Source of the DNA: Malacoraja senta
Lineage: Eukaryota
Direction: 5' to 3'
Length of the DNA stretch: 64,000 bases
Assembly: GCA_038087875.1 (NCBI GenBank)
Contig: CM075995.1
Location: 8,124,001 to 8,188,000, forward strand
Shown: one piece after another, positions 1 to 11,603 of the stretch
Layout of the letters: each line of letters opens with the position of its first letter
Position numbering within the stretch: position 1 is the stretch's first letter
Translations under genes and position numbers: made by a program
Notes under the pieces: model-generated
Told to the model about the DNA's origin: nothing
The model's database searches: none
The model's input: the letters and a program-made list of their open reading frames with translations, nothing else

Positions 1-1255
1 ACTAGCTGTGCAAATCGATGCTCTGTTGGTATATTCATAACCAAACAGGCTGCACGTGGTAGTGACTCCGAGTCCTGCACCTTTCCGATGCCAATGCAGT
101 CTACAGGGAAGGATTGGAGCGCCTCTGGCCCCCGTACGCCAGACATAGAGAGAGAAATGCTGGAAAAAAACCTGCCAGTTATTTGTCATGGGCGAAGATG
201 TTTACATGAATGAAGACGCCCATCCCAGTTAAATCAGAGATTTGATCACTTTATTCATGTGAAGAAAGTCGGCGTCTGGGGGAAGAATCTTCCATAGTCC
301 CTTTAATGAGCGGAATTACCATGACGCCACCATGTGTGCTCGCACAGGTGGCTGATAGGTATTGCTGAACAAGGCTTTCCAAGCCAGGGATCTATAACGC
401 CATTGCAGGTCCGATTCCATTACACAATTTATTGGTGTAAGTGATAAATAATATAGCTTGTAATTTCTCTCTATTAACATAACTAAATTAGCATGATGAT
501 ACATATTATGATACCAAGAACAAACTCCTGATCTGATAAATTAGTCAGAGGATACCAGCATAATGGTGCCCACCCTGTATAGCCATACTTTTAAAAAGAA
601 TACACTATTCCTGCTACTGCCATTGGAGGCATAGGGGTGTTTATCTTGTAACGTGAGGGGAACTCTGATGAATTGCAGTATGTGCCATGGACATACTTCT
701 GGGGTAGGAGACAGTCACACATTGACCTTTCGTACTCCTCTCCACAGAGAGGGAGCTTAGTGAGCAGCCCTGTGCACAGGCGCTGCCATAGGCCCCCGTG
801 GACCTGCGCTGATATGGTCCACCATATCAGGATGGGTTAAACATCCGTGGACGTACCCTTGTAGTCGGAGGGGAACCCTCCTGGCTGGGCTCCAGCCCAG
901 GCCTCTCCGACTCCGTACGGTTGCCTACCTTTTGGGCTGCCGAAGTCGGAGTCGCTGACTGCACTGTCAGCGACTCGGGTAGCGAACCCGACGGCCACCG
1001 GCTACCCGCTCTCCCGTGGTCTGTGCCCGGCATTCCCGCGGACTGTAATATCTCCGCAGCCCGTCCGGATATCGCCCGAATTTAAAAAGCCCTTGGGAGT
1101 CGCTGACCGCACTGTCAGCGACTCAGGCAGCAAACCCGATGGCCACCCGCTACCCGCACTTCCACGGTCCGTAGCCGGCATCCCCGCAGTCCATAATAGG
1201 TTTCCACGCGGTCCGTCCGGGTCCGTCCGTCCGTCACGTGACTCCGAAGTAAAAT
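1..1255 (-). mobile_element. Degenerate element, tentatively a DIRS-like retrotransposon remnant
   Basis: Ends in GTCACGTGACTCCGAAGTAAAAT (~1233-1255), which I recall as a DIRS-like terminus in skates. Contains two diverged ~147-bp-period direct repeats (~948 and ~1096). No intact ORF, so the family call is weak. Confidence 0.3.
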
Positions 1256-1264
1256 GGGCTATTA

Positions 1265-2108
1265 ATGTTCAGAGTTATGTCCGAGCCAAGTTTAATAGCC
1301 TGATGGATGTGGGGAAGCAGCTATTCCTGAACCTGGTCGTTGCAGTCTTCAGGCTCCTGTCATTCTACCTGAAGGTAGCAGGGAGATGAGTGGGTGGCCA
1401 GGATGGTGTGCGTCCTTGATGATACTGCCAGCCTTTTTGAGGCAGCGACTGCGATAGATCCCCTCGATGGAAGGGAGGTCAGAGCCGATGATGGACTGGG
1501 CAGTGTTTACCACTTTTTGTAGTCTTTTCCTCTCCAGGGTGTTCAAGTTGCAGAACCAAGCCACGATGCAAGCAGTCAGCATGTTCTTTACTGTGCACCT
1601 GTAGAAGTTAGAGAGTCCTCCTTGACAAACCGACTCTCCGTAATCTTCTCAGGAAGTAGAGGCGCTGATGTGCTTGCTTAATAATTGCATCAGTGTTCTC
1701 GGACCAGGAAAGATCTTCAGAGATGTGCACGCCCAGGAATTTGAAGCTCTTGACTCTTTCAACCATCGATCGTTGATATAAATGGGACTGTGGGTCCCCA
1801 TCCTACTCTTTCCAAAGTCCACAATCAGTTCCTTGGTTTTACTGGTGTTGAGGGCTAGGTTATTGTGCTGGCACCATATGGACAGTTGCTCGATCTCTCT
1901 TCTATACTCTGACTCATCCCCATCAGTGATACATCCCACAACAGTGGTGCCGTCAGCGAACTTGATGATGGAGTTCGCACTATGACCGGCTACGCAGTCA
2001 TGAGTATAGAGTGAGTACAGCAGGGGGCTGAGCACGCAGCCTTGAGGTGCTCCCATGCTGATTGTTATCGAGTCTGACACATTTCCACCAATACGAACAG
2101 ACTGTGGC
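1265..2108 (-). mobile_element. Rex1/Babar-like LINE, 3' RT fragment
   Basis: ORFs 1649-2080 (GAPQGCVLSPLLYSLYTHDC...KFADGTTVVG, mutated ADD) and 1349-1582 (HPGHPLISLLPSGR); frameshifted. Confidence 0.8.
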
Positions 2109-2592
2109 AGGCGTTTCCCGCTGAACCCCCACCGGGGGCGCTGCCCCTGGATCCTGCCGGGGGCCTAGTCAGCGTCCTGGACCCCCGGCCAATACTTCCT
2201 ACTTTTTTTCAATGCTTAGTCCACATTGCTTAAAAATGTTGGGACTACTGTATGATAGTCAATACAAAATAATAGTTCAGATAAAAATTAAAAGGTTATT
2301 AAAGTAGCCGTAAACGAAAAAATATTCAAATTAAGGATGTTTCATTCTAAATATATTTAATATAAAATAATTATAAATAATTTAAAACACTATTAACATT
2401 TATGACAGAAATTAAAATTTGTGGTGATCTGTCGTGGAACAACCCCATTGCAGAAGATAACAGTGGTTACCCAGACCTCGGTGCTGGTTGCGAAGGGGCC
2501 CCCATAACAATTCAAGCTTCAGGGCCCCAAAAATGTAGGTCCACCACTGTACCTGCCTCAAGATAAAAATAATTTTAGCAGCCACAAATTTA

Positions 2593-3383
2593 TCTTTCCA
2601 CTTTGGTAGCAAAAACAGGAAGGCAGATTACTATCTAAATGGCGTCAAGTTGGGCAAAGGGGAAGTACAACGGGATCTGGGGGTCCTTGTACATCAGTCT
2701 ATGAAAGTAAGCATGCAGGTACAGCAGGCAGTGAGGAAAGCAAATGGCATGTTGGCCTTTACAACAAGAGGAATCAAATATAGGAGCAAAGAGGTCCTTC
2801 TGCAATTGTACAGAGCCCGAGTGAGACCACACCTGGAGTATTGTGTGCAGTTTTGGTCCCCTAATTTGAGGAAGGACATTCTTGCTATTGAGGGAGTGCA
2901 CCACAGGTTTACAAGGTTAATTCCCGGGATGGCGGGACTGTCATATGCTGAGAGAATGGAGCAGCTGGGCTTGTACACTCTGGAGTTTAGAAGGATGAGA
3001 GGGTATCTCATTGAAACATGTAAGATTGTTAAGGGTTTGGACACGCTAGAGGCAGGAAACATGTTCCTGATGTTGGGGGAGTCCAGAACCAGGGGCCACA
3101 GTTTAAGAATAAGGGGTAAGCCATTTTGGAAGGGAGACGAGGAAACACTTTTTCTCACAGAGAATGGTGAGTCTGTGGAATTCTCTGCCTCAGAGGGTGG
3201 TGGAGGCAGGTTCTCTGGATGCTTTCAAGAGAGAGCTAGATAGGGCTCTTTAAAATAGCGTAGTCAGGGGATATGGGGAGAAGGCAGGAACGGGGTAGAT
3301 TGGGGATGATCAGCCATGATCACGTTGAATGGCGATGCTGGCTCGAAGGGCCAAATGGCCTACTCCTGCACCTATTGTCTATT
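2593..3383 (+). mobile_element. CR1 LINE 3' fragment
   Basis: ORF 2650-3243 (RDLGVLV...RPHLEYCVQFWSP...RTRGHSLR) plus CR1-type tail ending CCTATTGTCTATT; inserted into inverted arm A with TTATCTT on both sides. Confidence 0.9.
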
Positions 3384-3518
3384 ATCTTGTTGAGTTAATT
3401 GTTGACTGTTGGATTACAGTGAGGCAGACAGAAACCGCTGTTGAGTCCACAGTATCCCAGAGAAATAAAGGGATAGAGAATTGAAATTCCACAGACATGT
3501 CACTGGAGTTTATATTAC

Positions 3519-3826
3519 TTTAGTTTAGTTTCGAGATACAGTACGGAAACAGGCCCTTAGGCCCACCCAGTCCGCGCCGACCAGCGATCCCCGCACACTA
3601 ACACTATCCCACACACACTAGGGACAATTTACAATTTTTTACCGAAGCCAATTAACCTACTAACCTGTACGTCTTTGGAGTGCGGGAGGAAACCAGAGCA
3701 CCCGAAGAAAACTCTCGCAGCTCACAGGGAGAACGTACAAACTCCGTACAGACAGCACGCATGGTCAGGATGGAAGCAGGGTCTCTGGCGCTGTGAGGCA
3801 ACAACTCTACCGCTGCGCCACCGTGC
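3519..3826 (-). mobile_element. tRNA-derived SINE (HE1/V-SINE-like)
   Basis: Minus strand starts GCACGGTGGCGCAGCGGTAGAG (A-box-like), has the GTCTGTACGGAGTTTGTACGTTCTCCC central domain and a CTAAA-repeat tail. Other copies at about 11872-12170(-), 13728-14040(+), 14115-14376(-), 14973-15265(+), 19228-19525(-), 21097-21415(+), 21535-21759(-), 24872-25172(+), 32545-32742(-), 34571-34730(+), 47048-47350(+), 48860-49043(-), 60572-60872(+). Confidence 0.85.
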
Positions 3827-3934
3827 AAAGTAAAACCGTGACATATTGAAGAAAGTTATGTGAGAAACTAAACAACTGTGCCTACAGGGAAATCAGGGTT
3901 TGAGAATTTCAGGCTGGCAATAACAAAGTTATGT

Positions 3935-4113
3935 GTAGGAAGCAACTGCAGATGCTGGTTTACACCGAAGATAGACACAAAATACTGCAGTAACTCAGTG
4001 GGACAGGCAGCATCTCTGGAGAGAAGGGTCTTGACCATAAAAGTTACTCATTCCTTCTCTCCAGGGATGCTGCCTGTCCCGCTGAGTTACACCAGCATTT
4101 TGTGTCTATCTTT
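3935..4113. mobile_element. Penelope-like-derived short repeat in fold-back arrangement
   Basis: AGATAGACACAAAAT...CAGCATCTCTGGAGAGAAGG followed by its own reverse complement. The family recurs many times in the window (e.g. 5010-5140, 12248-12380, 19605-19735, 36345-36563, 47645-48110, 60985-61185, 63895-64000). Confidence 0.6.
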
Positions 4114-5204
4114 TATTGTGTTCAGTACTGCGTTTACAGACCTGTTATTCTGCTGCAAGAAAGGATTTTATTGTTCTGTGTCCACACATATTAAACACTG
4201 AAGTTTGTCAAAAAAATGCTGGAGTAACTCAGTGGGACAGGCAGCATTTCTGGAGAGAAGGAATGGGTGACTTTTCCAGTCGAGACCCTTCTTCAGACTG
4301 AGTCAGGGAGACAGAGATATGGAAGTGTTTCAGAAAGAACTGCAGATGCTGGAAACATATGATATGGAAGGTGAGGTGTGAAACGAGAGATCAAAGGGGA
4401 CGATATTTAAGGAAAATCATTCACACGCTCTATTTTACACAGAGAGTTGTGAGTCTGTGGAATTCTCTGCCTCATGGGCCTGCACCTATTGTCTATTATC
4501 TATTGTCTATCATTGTTATCTGGGGGAAGGTGACAATGAAGCATACAAAGTCAAATTTAGTCAGGAGGACTGTCAGACTGGTCAGAGAACAAGGATGGGG
4601 GAGGGATGGATTTGCAATGCAAGGGTTACTTGAAGTCATTCATACTGCTCGGGTGTAAGCTGCTCAAAGAGAAATATGAGGTGCTGATCCTCCAATTTGC
4701 GTTGGGCCTCACTGACATTCTTTGGTGTAAACCAGCATCTGCAGTTCCTTCCCACATAATTCAGCCATATTGGTGTTTTCAACTAATTGCCTCGATATTT
4801 ATAAAAAATACAGATTTAATTGAATGTATCACGTTGTGTAATCAAATATATTGAAATTTAAAATGCAAAGGAAGGTGTCTCTGACTAAAAGGAATGCAAA
4901 CAGGACCCACTGATTGCAAATAAAAATCTACAAGGGAGAAAACATTGAGACATTGTGTCTGGAATTTTGAGTAATAATCAATATCAATGTTAACCTCTAA
5001 AATTAGAAAGTCTGAAGAAGGGTCTCGACCCGAAACATCACCCATTCCTTCTCTCCAGAGATGCTGCCTGTCCCGCTGAGTTACTCCAGCATTTTGTGTC
5101 TACCTTCATTTTAATCCAGCGTCTGCAGTTCCTTCCTACACATTTTGTCAACTCCTGTAACTTCTTTTGCACTTTGGCAAAAGTTCAGTTTAAATTCTTT
5201 ATGA

Positions 5205-5995
5205 TCACACTAATACTTAAAAAATACAAAGATATAGAAGAACCGGGTTCATATAGAGCTATAGCATTGTTAAATACAGATCAAAAAATATTAGCGAAAA
5301 CATTAGCTAGAAGATTAAGTAAATATATTAGTAAACTAATAAACCCAGATCAGACGGGGTTTATCCCTAAGAGATATTCATCTAATAATATGAGACGTCT
5401 ACTCAATATAATGCACTCACATAAATTTGAAGAACAAGAATTATCAATTATTTCGCTGGACGCTGAAAAAGCACTTGACCAAGTAGAATGGAATTATATG
5501 GATAAAGTATTACAAAAATTCCAACTGGGAGAGAATTTTATTTTATGGATTAAACTATTATATAATAAACCTACAGCTAGAATATTAACTAATAACATAT
5601 TATCCTCGAAATTTCAACTATCAAGGGGAAATAGACAAGGATGCTCATTATCACCACAGTTGTTTGCTCTCATAATTGAACCGTTAGCAGAAAAAATTAG
5701 AACACATCCACATATCCATGGGTATAATACTAAATATTCAAATAATAAAATATCTTTATACGCGGATGATATATTATTATACATTACAAAACCTCAAATT
5801 ACTATACCAAATATATTAAATTTAATTGAGGACTTTGGATCTTTTTCTGGATACAGAATAAATTGGAATAAAAGTGAAATTATGTCAATAAAACCGAAAG
5901 ACTCAACACATCTTTTAAAATTCCCTTTTAAAATAGCTACAGAAAAATTTAAATACTTGGGTCTTGAAATCACTAGAACATATCAAGGCATGTTT
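5205..5995 (+). mobile_element. L1 ORF2 internal fragment (RT domain)
   Basis: SYRAIALLNTDQKIL...SLDAEKA...RQGCSLSP...LYADDILL; no 5' or 3' end. Confidence 0.9.
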
Positions 5996-8359
5996 ATTAT
6001 TTATTTTTTTAAATTATTTTTATTAGAAGTATGGTAAATTACAGTAATACACAACACTTATATCCTAATACATTTTTTATACCGCTTCATTTTTTTGAGC
6101 TTTAAGAGAAAGATAGAAGTAAGAAAAGTAAAGAAAGTGCGCAAGAGTCGTGAGGTGCAAGAGAGTTTTGTGAAAAGAAAGCCCCTTAGAAAAGAAGTTA
6201 GAGAAGGAAGTAAAGTAAGAAAGTAGATCCTAGAAAAGAAAGAAAAAGTAGGAACAATCGCAGAAAGGGAACCACCAACCAAGTCTGTTTTTATTGTTTT
6301 ACCTCCCATTACCAGGTCCTGATACCATTTCTTTCTTTATTTATTTTTTAAATTACTATTGCACCTCATGCTTGTAATAGGTCCAAAAACGTAGACCACG
6401 TCTTTTGGAATTGGTCTGCTTTCCCTGCTAAGAGGAATCTCATCTCTTCCAGATGTAATGTTTCCAACATATTTGATGTCCACATTTTTATTGTTGGTGT
6501 GGGCGCATTTTTCCAGAATTTAAGGATGAGCCTTTTTCCCATTATTAGCCCGTAATTGAATAAGTTCTTCTGATACACGTTTAATTCAGGGATACCTTCC
6601 GATATTCAAAAAATGATCCATTCTGGTTTTGGTACCAGTTTTATTTTAATTAATTTTGAGAAAATATGAAATATTTCATACCAGAATTTTTGGATTTTTG
6701 TATAAAAAACAAAATAATGCGCTATGGTAGCTTCTTGACATAGACATTTATCACAGATTGGTGAAACATTAGGAAAGATTTTATTTAATTTAGTTTTTGA
6801 ATAATATAGTCTATGTAATGTTTTGAATTGGATGAGCGTATGTCGTACGTTGATCGAACATTTATGCACCTGTAGTAAGTGGTTATCCCAGCTCTCTTTT
6901 GAAATTTTTATAGCTAATTCTTGTTCCCAGTCTCTTCTAATTCCTTCTGTTGTGGGTATTTCTATGTTTAAAATGATATTATATAAGTACGATATTAGAT
7001 TAGCTGATTCCGCCTTTGTCTTCATTGCTTCATCTAGTAAGTCGGGAGGCATATTATGATAGTCTTTTGTGTATTTTTTCAGGTAATCACGAATTTGTAG
7101 ATATTTAAAATATTGATTATTTTTCAGATTATATTTCAGTTGTAGTTGTTGAAATGATAGTAATTTTCCCAATTCATACAGATCTTCGAGCGTTTTGATT
7201 CCCATTCTTTCCCATTGTATAAATGATTTGTCTATGGTTGAAGGTTTAAACGATGGGTTATTAACTATTGGTATTGAGAGAGATAGGTTTCTTAATTTTA
7301 GATTCTGTTTTATTTGTTTCCATGTTCTAATTGTGCTATTTATAATTGGGTTTTTATTATAATTTTTATTATTCAAATTTATTGGAGAGAGAATAATCGC
7401 TCCTATATTACTCGGGGAGCAGTCCCCTTTTTCCATTATAATCCAGTCCACCTGCTGGGCAGAATTGTCCAGCAGGTGAATCATATTTTTAATATTTACT
7501 GCCCATTTATAATACATAAAGTTAGGGAGCGCGAGACCCCCCAACTCTTTTCGTTTATTAAGGTGTGCTCTTTGTATTCTATGGGATTTATAATCCCATA
7601 TAAAATTTGTAATGTCTGAGTCCAATTTTTTGAAAAACTTTTTTGGGAGATATATAGGTATTGATTGAAATAGGTATAGGATTTGTGGTAAGAAAATCAT
7701 TTTTATAGCATTTATTCTCCCTATTAAGGACATCGGAAGTGTTTTCCAGAATTTAATCATATTATTTAATTTCTTAAGTAAGGGATTATAATTGGCTTTG
7801 AACATATCCTGGTAATTTCTAGTAATTTCAATTCCCAAATATTTGAATTTTTCTGTAGCTATTTTAAAGGGGAATTTCCTGAGGTGTGTTGAGTCTTTTG
7901 GTTTTATCGACATAATTTCACTTTTGTTCCAGTTTATTCTATATCCTGAAAAGGATCCAAAGTCCTCAATTAAATTTAATATATTTGGTATACTAATTTG
8001 TGGTTTTGTGATGTACAATAGTACGTCATCGGCATATAAGGATATTTTGTTATTTGAATATTTTGTATTATAACCGTAAATATCCATGTGTGTTCTTATT
8101 TTTTCAGCAAGGGGTTCAATTACTAAAGCAAATAACAGCGGTGATAATGAACATCCTTGTCTATTGCCCCTTGATAGTTCAAATTTCGAGGATAATATAT
8201 TATTAGTTAGTATTCTAGCCGTAGGTTTGTTATATAATAGTTTTATCCATGCAATGAAGTTCTCTCCCAATTGGAATTTTTGCAATACTTTAATCATATA
8301 GTCCCATTCTACTTGATCAAACGCTTTTTCTGCGTCCAATGAGATGATAGATAACTCTT
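5996..8359 (-). mobile_element. 5'-truncated L1 with 3' UTR and A-rich tail
   Basis: ORF 6606-8339 (DAEKAFD, YADD, C-terminal CDKC zinc finger), frameshifted continuation 6366-6578, T-rich (poly-A) end at ~5996-6022. Confidence 0.92.
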
Positions 8360-8362
8360 ATC

Positions 8363-9793
8363 AAGACTCAACACATGTTTTAAAATTCCCTTTTAAAATA
8401 GCTACAGAAAAATTTAAATACTTGGGAATCGAAATTACTAGAACATATCAAGGCATGTTTAAAGCAAATTTTGATCCTTTACTTAATAAATTAAATACAC
8501 GAATTAAATTTTGGAAAACCCTCCCGATGTCTTTAATAGGCCGAATAAATGCAATAAAAATGATCTTCTTACCACAAATTTTATACCTATTTCAATCGAT
8601 TCCTATATACCTACCAAAGAAGTTTTTTTTTAAACTGGATTCAGACATTACTAATTTGATATGGGACTATAAATCACATAGAATACAAAGAACACACTTG
8701 AACAAAGCTAAAGTATTAGGGGGCTTAGCACTCCCTAACTTCATGTATTATTATTGGTCAGTAAATATTAAAAATATGATTCAACTGATGGACAACTCTG
8801 CCCAGCAAGTGGACTGGATTGTAATGGAGAGGACTGCTCCTCTGGAAACATTGGAGTGATCCTCCTCTCACCAATGAAACTGAATAACATAAATTATAAC
8901 AAAAACCCAATTATACATAGTACAATCAGAATTTGGAAACAAATAAAACAAAATATAAAATTAAGAAATCTATCTCTTTTATCTCCAATAGTTAATAACC
9001 CTTTGTTTAATCCCTCTATTACAGACAAATCTTTTATACAATGGGATAGACTAGGAATTAAAACGTTCGGTGACTTGTATGAAACTGGAAAATTACTATC
9101 ATTCCAACAATTACAAATAAAATATAAACTGGGAAATAATCAATATTTTAAATATTTTCAAATATGTGACTATTTGAAAAAATATACAAAAGATCATTAT
9201 AATAGCCCAGCAGATGTATTGGATGAAGCAATGCAGATAAAAGCTGAATCAGCAAACTTAATATCATATTTGTATAATATTATCTTAAATGTAGAAATAC
9301 CATCTACGGAAGGTATTAGAAGAGACTGGGAACAAGAATTAGCTATTAAAATCTCAAAGGAAAGGTGGAATGAACATTTATTAAACGTGCATAAATGTTC
9401 GATTAATGTAAGACACACTTTAATACAATTTAAAATTTTACATAGATTATATTATTCCAAAACAAAAATTAATAAAATGTTCCCAAATGTATCATCCATT
9501 TGTGATAAATGTCAATCTCAAGAAGCTACTATAGCACACTCATTTGTTTTCTGTACAAAAATTCAAAAATTTTGGATTGAAATTTTTGAAATCTTTACAA
9601 AATTATTTAAAATAAAACTGATACCCAAAGCAGAATGGATTATCTTCGGAACAACGGAAGATAGTCCAGAACTAAATGTGTTCCAAAAGAAACTAATAGA
9701 CTATGGGTTAATAACTGGAAAAAAGGTTAATCCAAAAATTCTGGAAAAACGCTCCAATACCAACTATAAACATGTGGATTTCAAATATGGATT
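8363..9793 (+). mobile_element. L1 ORF2 C-terminal fragment
   Basis: ORFs 8344-8859 and 8856-9845 (FKYLGI...GGLALPNF...CDKC); cut before the stop codon and 3' UTR. Confidence 0.9.
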
Positions 9794-9840
9794 TCGACTA
9801 ATCCCCTCACCTCTACGATACCTCACGACGACACCTGACA

Positions 9841-10095
9841 CCTAATCCGTGCCTCGACGAATCGCCGCCTCTCTCCCGCTCGCGCTCAGCGGAACCAACG
9901 GATCCAACCAGGGGGGCGGGGCCGAGCGCGGCGCAGGCGCACTGCCCGAGAGCCGGTTGGGGGGGGCGCATGCGCGCAGTGACGTTGACGTCGAGCCCAA
10001 GCCCCGCCCACCCCGCTTGTAGCGGCTGCAGCCCCTCCCCGCGGGAGCGCGAGCGGGAGGGAGGGAGACGGCCATTAATCGAGGCGGGGATTAGG
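9841..10095. promoter_or_regulatory. CpG-rich, putatively bidirectional promoter core (copy A)
   Basis: Non-coding and CpG-dense. GC box at 9913-9921, NRF1-type GCGCATGCGC at 9966-9975, TGACGT twice at 9980-9992. Flanked by inverted-repeat arms 9841-9887 and 10045-10095. No transcript evidence. Confidence 0.5.
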
Positions 10096-10780
10096 TGTGA
10101 GGTGGGAGGTTTAGTCGAGACAAGGTTTAGTGAGTTGAGGTTTAAGTGTGAGGTGAAGTTTAGTCGAGACAAGAGGCGAGGGGTTGAGTCCAGGTGCAAA
10201 ATCAGATTCATTTCTAGGAAAACAAACAAAATCGGAATTCCGATTTAAATCCGAAGAATATCTGGACTAAAGTCGCTTCTGGGATTTGGTTCCCTGAAGC
10301 TTAAGCTTCATTAGTTTCATAGTAGATCTGCCCCAGGGCAGGTACTATCACAACATTCAAGAAACTGTGAGACACGTACATATGGATAGACAAAAATGCT
10401 GGAGAAACTCAGCGGGTGAGGCAGCATCTATGGAGCGAAGGAAATAGACAATGTTTCGAGGGGGAGGTCTCTGACAAAGAGCAATCCAACCAAGACCTCA
10501 ACGGTGGAACAGGCGGAGGACGATGGCTGACCTTAGTGGAGCGTCACAACGGCTGGGAAGGCGGATGAAGGCTGCAGCAGAAACGGTTCTCCGGTCGTCT
10601 TGGACTCCATACCACTGGATCCTGACCCAGATCTGTCAAGGACCGTGGGGTGGCTGTCTGTGCACCAGTCTCCCCACGTTAAACAAAGTCACGGACTGGC
10701 GTCCTCCAACCCTGGAGACACCCATGGCCATGACCGAGGGGGGCCTAAGAAGAAGATGGTCTTACCCTTGTCAACCTTCT

Positions 10781-11603
10781 AGATTTGATTTGATTCAATT
10801 TATTGTCATTGTCTTCAAGTAAGAGACAACAAATTGCTATTTCCCATACAGTCATACGAATAAAAAAATGTTTAAAACGAAAACACAGAACAATAGTCCA
10901 CAACACAAACATCCCCACAGCGGCACCAAAGTTCCCCACTGTGAGGGAAGGAACGAATGTCCAGTCAACTTCCTCGCTGATGTTCCCCGATGTTCACCCG
11001 TGGTCGTGGCCTCCCGAGCCCCCCGCAGTCGCCGCTATGGGCGGCCCGATGTTCAGGCCCTCTCGCCGGGAACGATGGAACCCCGACGTCGAACGGAAGA
11101 ACGTCCTCAGTGGCCTGGACCTCTGAATCGGCCACCTCCCTCCGGAGTCTGCGGCTCCCGAAGTCCACAGGCCGAGCTGGCGGAGATTCAACGCTGGCGG
11201 CCCCCGGTAAAGAGTCCCAGAACTCCGCAATGTTGGTCAGCACCGCCCGTGCTGGGAGCTCTGCAAAACACAGCTCCGCGATGTTGATGCAGCAGGCTCA
11301 ACACTCCGGAGCTTCAAACGGCGATCCCAAGTGAGACATTGCTCGCTCCGGGATGTATCCAGCGCTGCGCTGCCGCTGCTGATGCTCTGGTCCGATCCCG
11401 GCAGGAAAGGTCGCGCCAATCCAGTAGGTAGGCCGCTAGGAGGGGGGCGAGGGCGCGACTCGAATAATAGTTGCATCCTCGCCAGGAAGCGACTAAAGGA
11501 TGGTTTCCCCCTTACCCTACCCCCCTCCCCCACATAAAATAGAAAGAAAAAAAACATACTTTAAACAGACTAAAATAAAAAAGACAAACATACTGTAGGC
11601 AGA
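10781..11603 (-). mobile_element. Unclassified non-autonomous retroelement inserted in a CR1 fragment
   Basis: Has a GATTT-repeat tail and splits the CR1 sequence ...GTCAACCTTCT | TGGTTACTTC..., which is contiguous in the inverted arm at ~15520-15545. Second copy at ~18137-18955. Confidence 0.55.

Larger units (their letters stand above)
2550..5204 (-). repeat. Inverted arm A of segmental duplication (reverse complement of ~12185-14495 and ~19540-21860)
   Basis: 5140-5204 is the reverse complement of 12185-12250. 3385-3450 matches 14393-14450, 2550-2590 matches 14452-14492. ORF track shows mirrored peptides (MPTGK..., MGDVSGRDPSSD...). Confidence 0.9.

Noticed and set aside
5898..8460. 98-bp direct repeat as a giant TSD of the inverted L1
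   Set aside because: The two copies differ at several clustered positions, which fits two different L1 templates better.
10523..11557. Cluster of overlapping 60-140 aa ORFs repeated at 17878-18937
   Set aside because: They lie within GC-rich non-autonomous repeats, frames differ between copies, and no domain is recognisable.
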